Assembly (NCBI GenBank): GCA_029262715.1
Contig: JAJCYX010000397.1
Span: forward strand, 1-34,365
Length of the DNA stretch: 34,365 nt
Reading direction: 5' to 3'
From: Chloroflexota bacterium
Lineage (GTDB): Bacteria > Chloroflexota > Dehalococcoidia > Lucifugimonadales > Lucifugimonadaceae
Positions within the stretch are counted from its first letter, which is position 1. Every line of letters begins with the position of its first letter. Below, piece by piece: positions 26,315 through 33,963 of this stretch. The notes below the pieces were generated by a model, which saw only the letters and a program-made list of their open reading frames with translations, was not told where the DNA came from and searched no databases. The position numbers were made by a program, and so were the translations under genes.

Positions 26315-26938
26315 CTACTGGGACATTGCCCGACCGTCCCACTCATCTAGAGGGTTTACAAGCGCTTTCCAGTTGGTAATAAGCTCACGGTTTTCCAAAC
26401 CGCCTCGGCCTGTTATCCAGAGAAGAGTCTCCCATCTCGGTGTATCGAGTGGTGACCACGGAAAGAGACGACGCAATATCCGATCGCACAAGTCCTCGGG
26501 AGGCGAGATCGAAACACTCAGACCCCGTAAAACATCATGCCCGTGGAGTAATACTTCGTTACATCCCATCGCTAAATAACCCTCTGGATCGGGAGAGCCC
26601 CAGGGATGCCATCCTCTAGCATCGGTGGGCGAACCATTGAAAACACATGCCAGAAGCTCTGCATTGAGTGAGAGAAGTCGAAGTGACTCGTTCACTTCAA
26701 GCTGGACAACAGAAAAGAAGGACGGCTTCGATTTGATCTGATCCCGATTTGCAAGGATTGTTGCATACCAAGCGAAGCCGTATACCAAATGGCCTAATGT
26801 GTGCCGCCTAGTCCAATCCATACCTGTGGGTTTGCCGTCCCAATCTTCAACTGTCTGACCTGACAAGGCATTAACGACATGTTCGGTCGATAACCTAATG
26901 TCGCTGACGGAAACGGGCTCACGGATTTCAGCGTTCAT
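26315..26938 (-). CDS. DinB / MDMPI_N-like (mycothiol maleylpyruvate isomerase N-terminal domain family) protein
   Basis: 207 aa. N-terminal ...DWDGKPTGMDWTRRHTLGHLV... resembles the DinB_2/MDMPI_N helix with its metal-binding His. ...WETLLWITGRGG sits near the C-terminus. The start overlaps the kinase B stop (ATGA at 26935-26938). Confidence 0.5.
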   Translation of the reverse strand: MNAEIREPVSVSDIRLSTEHVVNALSGQTVEDWDGKPTGMDWTRRHTLGHLVYGFAWYATILANRDQIKSKPSFFSVVQLEVNESLRLLSLNAELLACVFNGSPTDARGWHPWGSPDPEGYLAMGCNEVLLHGHDVLRGLSVSISPPEDLCDRILRRLFPWSPLDTPRWETLLWITGRGGLENRELITNWKALVNPLDEWDGRAMSQ

Positions 26939-29900
26939 GCCTTCAATATCTCCCGCTTAGCTAGCACTCGCTCCAGCAATGGCTTCATGCCCAGTTCTGT
27001 AGCGATGGCGATGGCTTCGTCCTGCAACTCGATGGCCTTTTCACGGTCACCGGGGGCGCTGCGGTCAAGGAGCATTTCGGAGTAGTCGGAGCAGGTTCGC
27101 CCCTGTTCCGGGCCAAAACCGCATGCTCGGCAGTGCGTTAGCGCAGCTTCAAAATGATCGTAAGCCTTTGAATAATCACCAAGTGCACTTGCGAACTCTC
27201 CCAGGATTCGCTCGTCGTGTTCGTAAAGGCCGGGTACGCCAGAAACGAGAAATCCCGGTGTCGTCAATCGCTCGAGCTCTGAATATTGTTCCTGCACTAC
27301 TTTCTTGTCGTCTGCCTTTATGGCAAGTCGCCCGAGAGCAATATGCATCACTTTCCTGACGCTCGGAGGCGTGCTCGTCCGTTCTCTAAGCGCAGTCTTA
27401 AGATCGCTCATCCAACCCTGACTGTCGGGCAATTCGTTGACTAGAGACCTTAAGTCCCACAACGTCGGCCCCACCCAGAACCAGTAACGTAATGATGAGT
27501 CTTGGGTACGGTACAGATAGTCTCTGGCAGACTCAAAATCGCCTGTCGAGTATTCGATCAAAGCCCTCGATGATAGATTTCGAGCGTGATTGGGTTGCGC
27601 CTCGATTGCCTTGTCGCTATACCGCCGAGCCGCGTCCCACTGACCGGTTTCCATTTCTATCAGCTGGCTGTAAAAACCGGCATCAGAAATCCAGAATCGA
27701 GAATTCAGTTTGTCGGCCATGGACCTCGCCTGGCTTGCATGTTGGCGGGATTCGGAAAGCTGGCCCATGCCCATGAGCATGCCCGCAGCGTATTGGTGAG
27801 CTCGGATAGTCGCTCCGATATTGTTCGTGTCTGACGCCAGCTCAGCTGCGCGTAATGACTGTTCGTAGCGAGCATCATTATTCAGGTGATACCCGTTAAT
27901 GCTGGCGGAGACCACGAGTGTTCTGAGTTCAAGGTCACTGTCTGATTCGCGAGCGGCGATAGCCAAAGCGGTGTCCAAGACTTCGAGGCCTTGTTCTCCG
28001 TTGCTGCGCTCCTCAAACAAAAACTCGCCGTATTTCGTCAGCAATCTGCCTGCTTCCTGCGAATTCTCCTGAACCAGTTTCATAGCTTCTTCGAGCAGAG
28101 AAACTACACCCGTCAGTCCGGTGAAATTAGGAATGTCGGTCAAGGCTACGTACAGTGCTTTTTGGGTTTGTCCTGCATCCATGTAACTATCGAAAGCTTG
28201 ACGTAACGAAGCGACTGCACTCGACATCGATTCGCGTTCGGATGTGGCGATCTCACAGCGAGCAAGACCATGAAGTGCTTCAGCCTTCGTGACGGCATCC
28301 AATGTTTCTCCGGCCGCTTTTATCACACGCAAGAATTGCCGCTGAGCGCTCTCATATGCGAATCCGCTGAGCGCTGCATGTCCAGCATTCAATCCGTATC
28401 TGACCAACCCTTCTGGCCCCAACACCGTTTCGGCCTCTGCAAAGTGCTCAACTAGTTCAGCGGCATTCTCGTCGGCTGCATCTCCGTAGTATTCTTCGAG
28501 GGCTTCGGAGATGCGGGCGTGGAGCCTAACTCGGCGTGTAAGTGATAGTTCCTCTGTCAGCGTCTCCTGCATTGAGGCGTGTGTAAATTGGTAGAGACCA
28601 ACCTCGTCCAACTCCTCGATAACCCTGGCCGAAAAAGCGTCGTCGATGGCATCGAGCATCTGGCCGTCTGTCGTGTCCTCCATCAGCATTTTCAGCACAT
28701 CGAACCGGAACTGGCGGCCAATGACGGCAGCAATCGTCAGCACCTCATTACAACGCTCAGACAGCCGGTCGAGACGCCTGCCGATGACCTCTCGCACACC
28801 CTCAGGTATTCGTATCTCCCATGATGTTGTCCCGCCCTCCGTCTTCCGACCGGACGCAATGTCTCCCTCCTGTATCAGGAGCCGCACGGTCTCGGTGACG
28901 AACAGCGGATTGCCCTCGGTCTGCTGAAACACGGTGTCGACAAGCGCAGGTGGGGGAGTGATGCCCGCAGCAATCTCGATAAACCGTGCAACGTCGTGCT
29001 TCTGCAGCCCTCTGAGCAGGATGCGGTCGAACAGCCTCTCCCTGGTCAGGTCTCCGAGCGTCACAGAAAGCGGGTGCCTGCGATTGAGCTCTATGTCACG
29101 ATAGTTGCCGACAATCAGGATCTTCGAGTTGGCAAGCTCCCTGGCAACGAACTCCAGCAGCATCAAGCTCGGCTTGTCCGCCCAGTGCAGGTCTTCCAGC
29201 ATGAGCACGAGCGGAGTGGAAGAAGATGCCTGCTTCAGGAAGGTGGCTATCGCGTCGAAGAGCCTGAAGCGCGCTGACTCCGGGTCGTCGATCGGCATCG
29301 GCTCAGGCAGACCAGGAAGCTTCTCCTTCACGTCTGTCACCACCTCTGCGATGACAGAAGCGGTGGATCCCATGTCCCCTCTCAGGGACTCAGCGGAGGC
29401 CGAGGAGACGTGGCTGCGCATCGCCTGCACCCAGGGCCAGTACGGCGGCGCGCCTCCAGACTCGTAGCTGCGGCCCCACAGCACCTGCGCCCCGCGCATC
29501 GCTGCATACGTGGCGAGCTCCTGCGCGGTACGAGTTTTGCCGATGCCGGGCTCACCAACCAGGGTGACCATGCGTCCGTGTCCGGACAGCACCTCCTCAA
29601 AGGCTGCCTTTAGCTGGTCCATCTCTTTGTGGCGGCCGACGAAGACGCCGCCTGCCATCGAGTCGAGACTCGTCTCTCTTCCCTCGGACTGTTCAACTGC
29701 AGACAGATCGATACCACTTAGAGCCGAAAGCACTTCATCCGCCGACTCCGGCCTTTCAGCGGGGTCCTTGGCGAGAAGCCGCAGTATCAGAGAGTCGAGC
29801 GTCTTCGGAATAGATGAGTTGTGCCATGATGGCGCGACAGGCGGGGTATTGATGTGCTGAGAGATGATTCCTATTTCATCATCAGACATGAACGGGACGC

Positions 29901-30759
29901 GGCCTGTGCACATCTCGTAGAGCGTCGCTCCCAGCGAGTAGAGGTCTGCCATCGGAGTCACTTCTCCGCCAGTAGCCTGCTCCGGTGGCATGTAGTTGAC
30001 CGTGCCGACCATCACCTTCTCTACCGTGAGGCGTGAGCGGTCTATCGCAACCGCTAGTCCGAAGTCACCGATCTTTGCTGCACCGTCTTCATCAAGCCAG
30101 ACGTTGCCTGGCTTCAGGTCCCTGTGGACGATGCCCTTGCCGTGGGCAAAGCCAAGGCCCTGTGCCGTCTGGGTTGCGATGCGGATAGCGTCTTCAAGAG
30201 GTAGTGGCCCGTCCGCGTTTTCGATGAGTTCTTCAACATCACCGCCACCCATGAGAGGCTGAACCATGAACGGCTGCCCGGCTTCGTCACCGAGGTCGTA
30301 GATTGGCATGATGCAGGGGTGTGTTCCCATGCGACCCATGGCCTGAGCCTCACGCTTGACCCGCTCACGTGAGGTTTCGTCGAGTCCCTCTGTCTTGATT
30401 AGCGCGAAGGCAACGTCTCTATCGAGCGTGTTGTCGTGGGCTAGGTAGACGCGCTTCTTGCCGCCTTCACCGAGAAACTTTGAGACGGTGTAGCGACCTG
30501 AGGCAAAGGACTTGGGGGTGACCGATGTATCAGCCGCATGATCGGTCTTCGCTGGAGGGTTCGGATCACCACCTGATTCAGCAGAGCCAAGCCAGCGGTT
30601 GGCGGCAGTTAGGTACGCTGTGGCCTCCGCGTTGTCGGTATCGACATCGAGCACGCTCTCAGCAAGATTCCTGACAGATCCCCAGTCACGATCAGCTTCA
30701 GCCTGATCAATCTCATCAAGCAGCCGGTCTATCCGTCTCTGCACACGCTCACTTGGCAT
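26935..30759 (-). CDS. Ser/Thr protein kinase - AAA (AAA_16/STAND-like) ATPase - TPR protein, paralog B
   Basis: 1274 aa with the same motifs as paralog A (HRDLKPGN, DFGLAV, GEPGIGKT, LVLMLEDLHWAD). The last ~40 aa are almost identical to those of A (...ELQDEAIAIATELGMKPLLERVLAKREILKA). Confidence 0.9.
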   Translation of the reverse strand: MPSERVQRRIDRLLDEIDQAEADRDWGSVRNLAESVLDVDTDNAEATAYLTAANRWLGSAESGGDPNPPAKTDHAADTSVTPKSFASGRYTVSKFLGEGGKKRVYLAHDNTLDRDVAFALIKTEGLDETSRERVKREAQAMGRMGTHPCIMPIYDLGDEAGQPFMVQPLMGGGDVEELIENADGPLPLEDAIRIATQTAQGLGFAHGKGIVHRDLKPGNVWLDEDGAAKIGDFGLAVAIDRSRLTVEKVMVGTVNYMPPEQATGGEVTPMADLYSLGATLYEMCTGRVPFMSDDEIGIISQHINTPPVAPSWHNSSIPKTLDSLILRLLAKDPAERPESADEVLSALSGIDLSAVEQSEGRETSLDSMAGGVFVGRHKEMDQLKAAFEEVLSGHGRMVTLVGEPGIGKTRTAQELATYAAMRGAQVLWGRSYESGGAPPYWPWVQAMRSHVSSASAESLRGDMGSTASVIAEVVTDVKEKLPGLPEPMPIDDPESARFRLFDAIATFLKQASSSTPLVLMLEDLHWADKPSLMLLEFVARELANSKILIVGNYRDIELNRRHPLSVTLGDLTRERLFDRILLRGLQKHDVARFIEIAAGITPPPALVDTVFQQTEGNPLFVTETVRLLIQEGDIASGRKTEGGTTSWEIRIPEGVREVIGRRLDRLSERCNEVLTIAAVIGRQFRFDVLKMLMEDTTDGQMLDAIDDAFSARVIEELDEVGLYQFTHASMQETLTEELSLTRRVRLHARISEALEEYYGDAADENAAELVEHFAEAETVLGPEGLVRYGLNAGHAALSGFAYESAQRQFLRVIKAAGETLDAVTKAEALHGLARCEIATSERESMSSAVASLRQAFDSYMDAGQTQKALYVALTDIPNFTGLTGVVSLLEEAMKLVQENSQEAGRLLTKYGEFLFEERSNGEQGLEVLDTALAIAARESDSDLELRTLVVSASINGYHLNNDARYEQSLRAAELASDTNNIGATIRAHQYAAGMLMGMGQLSESRQHASQARSMADKLNSRFWISDAGFYSQLIEMETGQWDAARRYSDKAIEAQPNHARNLSSRALIEYSTGDFESARDYLYRTQDSSLRYWFWVGPTLWDLRSLVNELPDSQGWMSDLKTALRERTSTPPSVRKVMHIALGRLAIKADDKKVVQEQYSELERLTTPGFLVSGVPGLYEHDERILGEFASALGDYSKAYDHFEAALTHCRACGFGPEQGRTCSDYSEMLLDRSAPGDREKAIELQDEAIAIATELGMKPLLERVLAKREILKA

Positions 30760-30962
30760 AGTGGCTGCATGTTATCGCAACGGGTATAGGCAACCTGAGA
30801 TTTGCACTTTGAGCCGTCACGACCTCCCCGTATTAGATGGAAGTAATCTCAGTTAAGTAGTAGGCGGGGGTGGCATTCTCGGCGGCAGGCTAAGGGGAGT
30901 TACCTGTCGGCCCATGACACGCCTTTTCGAGGTCTGACCCGTCCAGCGCGAACATTCCGTTC

Positions 30963-31286
30963 ATGGAGAAGATGTGGCGGTGTGCGGTGTGTGCAGGTGA
31001 TAGCCGCTCCTACTCGAATGGAGTGCAGTGGGAGTTCGCGCCGGTGAAGCACTCGGAACGCCGCGTCCTGGCTCACCTGCTGGAGTTCCACGACATCTCG
31101 CCCCTTGACCTGAAGTCGGCCAGACTGGTCGAGAGCGACTACTCAGGTGGATTGAGCATCGGAAGCCGCGTACTAGCAATGTGGTCTCGCTCAGACGCGA
31201 CGGGAGACGATATGCACCGCTCCGGCAACTGGCTTAGCGATGTGGTGCGGCATCAACCGAAGCCGCAGGGTAGACCGCCGTATTGA
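30963..31286 (+). CDS. Small Cys/His-containing protein with conserved proline-rich C-terminal tail (may be two in-frame units)
   Basis: 107 aa. N-terminal WRCAVC...H......HLLEFH (possible zinc-binding), with a paralog at the window end. The last 24 codons (31212-31286, MHRSGNWLSDVVRHQPKPQGRPPY) have their own GGGAG RBS 5 nt upstream and match the short-ORF family. Confidence 0.5.
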   Translation: MEKMWRCAVCAGDSRSYSNGVQWEFAPVKHSERRVLAHLLEFHDISPLDLKSARLVESDYSGGLSIGSRVLAMWSRSDATGDDMHRSGNWLSDVVRHQPKPQGRPPY

Positions 31287-31538
31287 CCTGCGCCCCGATG
31301 CCGAACGATTTGCTCGTACACCGCCGCCGTAGGATGAACGGGCATGACCAGTCCGAGTGAGTCGATGGCCGACGCCCTGACGACCGGGGCGGATGCAGGC
31401 GTTCGATGCCAACGAGTTCTCAGTCGTGACGACATCCCCGAACTCAACAGCATCAAAGCGCCCGCATCAGCCGCGAAAGGCTGGCCCTGATCTCCGCCCG
31501 GCGATTCTCAGCTGTGGCTGCCGGGTCAAAGGTCCTGA

Positions 31539-31907
31539 CTACTTTTTCGGGTTTCCAAGAAAGAAACGGTTCGGATTACACTCGTGGCCAGGCGATTCGC
31601 CCAGTATGTCCATCGCTTCCTGCGCGCTGACGCCCGCAAAGTTCTTTACGAGCACGAGGAACGTGCCGTATGACTGGGCTTGTGTCGGTTCTTCGGCTTC
31701 GATCAGGTCGTTCAAACCCGAGAACGAACAGATAGACGCCGCCCCGTCTCCGGTCCAGAAGCCATCAATGGGGGTGGTCCCACCTTCTGCGCCTCCCGGC
31801 CCGGGCGGTCCTTTCACCTCGCCAGCAGATGCCGTGGCTGATGTCACGTAACCGACAGCCAGCACCAGAGCAAGTGCGGCAAGCAGGGGAAGATAGATAC
31901 GCTTCAT
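31539..31907 (-). CDS. Small secreted protein (signal peptide), unknown family
   Basis: MKRIYLPLLAALALVLAVGYVTSATASA|GE is a Sec-type signal peptide with an AxA site. AGGAG RBS ~7 nt upstream. Two Cys in the mature part. Confidence 0.6.
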   Translation of the reverse strand: MKRIYLPLLAALALVLAVGYVTSATASAGEVKGPPGPGGAEGGTTPIDGFWTGDGAASICSFSGLNDLIEAEEPTQAQSYGTFLVLVKNFAGVSAQEAMDILGESPGHECNPNRFFLGNPKK

Positions 31908-32082
31908 GACTCTCTCCTATCGATATGACTTTGGTCATCGTGCCGGGAGCGAGCAGATTCTATGTCGCCGGTCCGGTATTGGGCAATGTATGAGGCTCTC
32001 GGCATTGACGTTGATAACTCCAGAATCTCTTTGCCCAGGATGGCCGCCAAGTAGACGTGTTCAACTTCCACTCTCTCTCACA

Positions 32083-32157
32083 ATGAACCCGGTCGGATAC
32101 TGGCTATGCGACGTTCCGAAGCACCAGCCGAAGCCGCAGGGTAGGCCGCCGTATTAG
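32083..32157 (+). CDS. Short ORF (24 aa) of the GxW...HQPKPQGRPPY-stop family
   Basis: MNPVGYWLCDVPKHQPKPQGRPPY-TAG has the same length and register as 31212-31286. Similarity to that copy starts at the ATG and is absent upstream. No obvious SD. Confidence 0.4.
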   Translation: MNPVGYWLCDVPKHQPKPQGRPPY

Positions 32158-32218
32158 TGGGCGGCAGGCACACGGAGCCGGTGCTGAGGGCGGTTGAAGT
32201 GGATACCTAATCTGCCAT

Positions 32219-32482
32219 ATGTGCAGGATGATGTTTCGGTTGTCACGAACTCATCAGAGCCAAGCACGACCCATAATCTCAAATATGCAGCAACACAACC
32301 GCACCGCCGGGGAGCATAGGTTCTCGACGGAACTTGAGTTTCTGGGTGAGACGCGTCAACTAAATGCTGAGTCCTTGAACAACCGCATTGAGGAGATGCG
32401 CGTGGCTTTGGATGATGCTGAGCGTTCTACACGCACTCTTCTGGCGTTAACACGATTGGCATTTCTCGAACTTGGTGAGTGA
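32219..32482 (+). CDS. Hypothetical helical protein (weak)
   Basis: 87-aa ORF, predicted helical (..NRIEEMRVALDDAERSTRTLLAL..). It ends 3 nt into the degenerate tail copy at 32479-32529, which lies in another frame. Confidence 0.3.
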   Translation: MCRMMFRLSRTHQSQARPIISNMQQHNRTAGEHRFSTELEFLGETRQLNAESLNNRIEEMRVALDDAERSTRTLLALTRLAFLELGE

Positions 32483-32529
32483 ACAGAAACCTGCCGATAA
32501 ACCAGCCGCAGGGCAGGCCACCGTACTAG
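32479..32529 (+). pseudogene. Degenerate copy of the short-ORF tail (..LPINQPQGRPPY-stop)
   Basis: CCG CAG GGC AGG CCA CCG TAC TAG keeps PQGRPPY-stop through three synonymous changes. One CCGAAG unit is missing, and only 16 codons are open (GTG at 32479). Confidence 0.45.
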
Positions 32530-32591
32530 ACGCGCAAGACCCGCCGCACAGCGCGACGGGCCTAACTACCAAGAATCATGAAGATTCGAGA

Positions 32592-33212
32592 TTACTTCTC
32601 GCCTTTTTCGACCTTCCACGTCGTTTCGGCATTACCCTTCTTGTTGCCCTCTGAGTCGTATTCCGTGTAGGTGACCTTGTACTCCTCAAAGTTGTTGGCG
32701 ATGGTCACCGTCGGCGGGCCTTCGGTGGCAGTACCGCTCACTTCCCAACTCGTGATCTGCACGTTCTTAAGTTCGTACTTGAGGTACGTTGCCCTAGAAC
32801 CTCCGTAATTAGCGGTCTGCTCGATTTCCAGTTTTGGAATAACTTCGCCCATGTTGAGTTTTTCGAGCAACTTCACGGTCGATTTTTCATATTCCATTGT
32901 TAGGCGCATGTCCTCGACGATGACGCTGCCTCTTCGTCGAGACTGGCCCGTTGCTCCACCGCCGGGCTTGTTTGATCCCCAATCAATCGAAAGTATGTCA
33001 ATCCACTTGTCGTGGTTTGCGTCTTGGGATTCGCCATCGATCCCATCGTACTTGGCGAAATAGTTCTCTCCGCTTAGTGATGGCTGTGGCACTTCATCTG
33101 ATTGTGTTCGGGGTGCTGCTTCAACTGACGAGTTAAACGCAGCGGTCAAACCTATAGTGCTGACGGCAACTAAAACCATTACACCAATGGCAATCCTGAG
33201 ATGCCTGGGCAT
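32592..33212 (-). CDS. Hcp (type VI secretion tube protein / PF05638-like) homolog with N-terminal Sec-type signal peptide
   Basis: YFAKYDGIDGESQDANHDKWIDILSIDWGSNKPG aligns with the Hcp N-terminus (MFIKIGDVKGESKD..H..EIDVLAWSWG). It continues through ...VEDMRLTMEYEKSTVKLLEKLNMGEVIPKLEIE... and ...NVQITSWEVSG.....TVTIANNFEEYKVTY. It is preceded by MPRHLRIAIGVMVLVAVSTIGLTAAFNSSVEA|AP. GAGGA RBS. Confidence 0.85.
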   Translation of the reverse strand: MPRHLRIAIGVMVLVAVSTIGLTAAFNSSVEAAPRTQSDEVPQPSLSGENYFAKYDGIDGESQDANHDKWIDILSIDWGSNKPGGGATGQSRRRGSVIVEDMRLTMEYEKSTVKLLEKLNMGEVIPKLEIEQTANYGGSRATYLKYELKNVQITSWEVSGTATEGPPTVTIANNFEEYKVTYTEYDSEGNKKGNAETTWKVEKGEK

Positions 33213-33328
33213 TTCCGTCCTCTTCGTAATTAGCCTGTTTCGTCATTGCATGCAGAGTAAGGGAAGACGTGGAGACTCACCGTTAAGAATCGGTGAATAG
33301 TAGTTTGAAAGAAGTGTGAAGTATTTAT

Positions 33329-33373
33329 TGAACTGCGAACCGTCGGCCGAAACCGCAGGGTAGGCCGCTGTAA
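33329..33373 (+). repeat. Degenerate remnant of the short-ORF tail (..PKPQGRPL-stop)
   Basis: CCG AAA CCG CAG GGT AGG CCG CTG TAA matches the family core. There is no start codon, and the upstream part (TTGAACTGCGAACCG) is out of frame relative to the WLCDV region. Confidence 0.5.
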
Positions 33374-33446
33374 TGAGACGCGAAAACCGCCCCGGTTAAA
33401 AACCGAGGCAGCTTAACAATCATCGACTAATAGGGCTATCCATCGA

Positions 33447-33773
33447 CTAACCTGGCCAGATTGGTGAGAAGTCGGGATTGCCACCTGGTCCTGCATTAGG
33501 ATTGCCGGGACCTTCAGGGTTCAATGCGTTGGCATTGGCATGAACGCCCGCCTGGTTGTTCCCTGGCAGCAATGACGTTCCGGCAGGAGGCCCGATATCC
33601 TGGACGCCGTTGTCACCGTTGTGGTCATCGGCGTTAATGACTCCATCACCGACGATTGGGCACAAAAATGCCGTATCCACACCGTTGTCTGCGTCAGCCG
33701 ACGCCATCACGGTACCGCCAAGCATAGCTGCTGCGAATGCGGCAGCGACAATAAGTACTCGTAACTTGACCAT
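33447..33773 (-). CDS. Small secreted Gly/Asn/Pro-rich protein (signal peptide), unknown family
   Basis: MVKLRVLIVAAAFAAAMLGGTVMASA|DA is a signal peptide. AAGAGGAG RBS 6 nt upstream. The mature part has low complexity (GPGNPNAGPGGNP). Confidence 0.55.
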   Translation of the reverse strand: MVKLRVLIVAAAFAAAMLGGTVMASADADNGVDTAFLCPIVGDGVINADDHNGDNGVQDIGPPAGTSLLPGNNQAGVHANANALNPEGPGNPNAGPGGNPDFSPIWPG

Positions 33774-33963
33774 GGGCTACTCCTCTTGGTTGACCGCTCC
33801 GGATTTCAGAACGGTGTTTGCAGCACCATAGGACCAAATTGTTACAAATCTCTTACATACCGCAGGTTGCCTTCGCAATGCAGATGTCGGCGGGCACGAA
33901 CGTGAGCGGTAAGTGAGGAACGCTGCGAACTGATGGTTCCTCACAGATTCATCACGCCAAACT

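Noticed and set aside
30900-31091. Minus-strand ORFs starting MELQQVSQ... (also at 34159..34362), conserved between the two repeat copies
   Set aside because: All five nucleotide differences in the shared 90 nt are synonymous in the plus frame, but three are non-synonymous in the minus frame. The minus ORFs are antisense shadows.
31906-32157. Full 83-aa ORF-track call ending in the proline-rich tail
   Set aside because: Only the last 24 codons resemble the other family members. The upstream 59 codons overlap the promoter/RBS region of the divergent secreted-protein gene and show no similarity to anything else in the window.
31212-32157. Short ORFs as lasso-peptide or other RiPP precursors (Gly start, Asp nearby, C-terminal Tyr as in mycofactocin MftA)
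   Set aside because: The would-be leader is only 4 aa. The Asp is at core position 6 (not 7-9) and is Asn in one copy. No maturase (cyclase, B-protein, radical SAM) is present in the window. The idea is kept only as something a wider genome search could revisit.
21324-33212. Ser/Thr kinase + FHA protein + Hcp co-occurrence as a T6SS threonine-phosphorylation (PpkA/Fha1/Hcp-like) locus
   Set aside because: No sheath, baseplate, VgrG, membrane-complex or ClpV genes are in the window. The Hcp homolog has a signal peptide, and the FHA protein is a DNA-binding regulator rather than an Fha1-type scaffold. The resemblance is noted only as a coincidence worth remembering.
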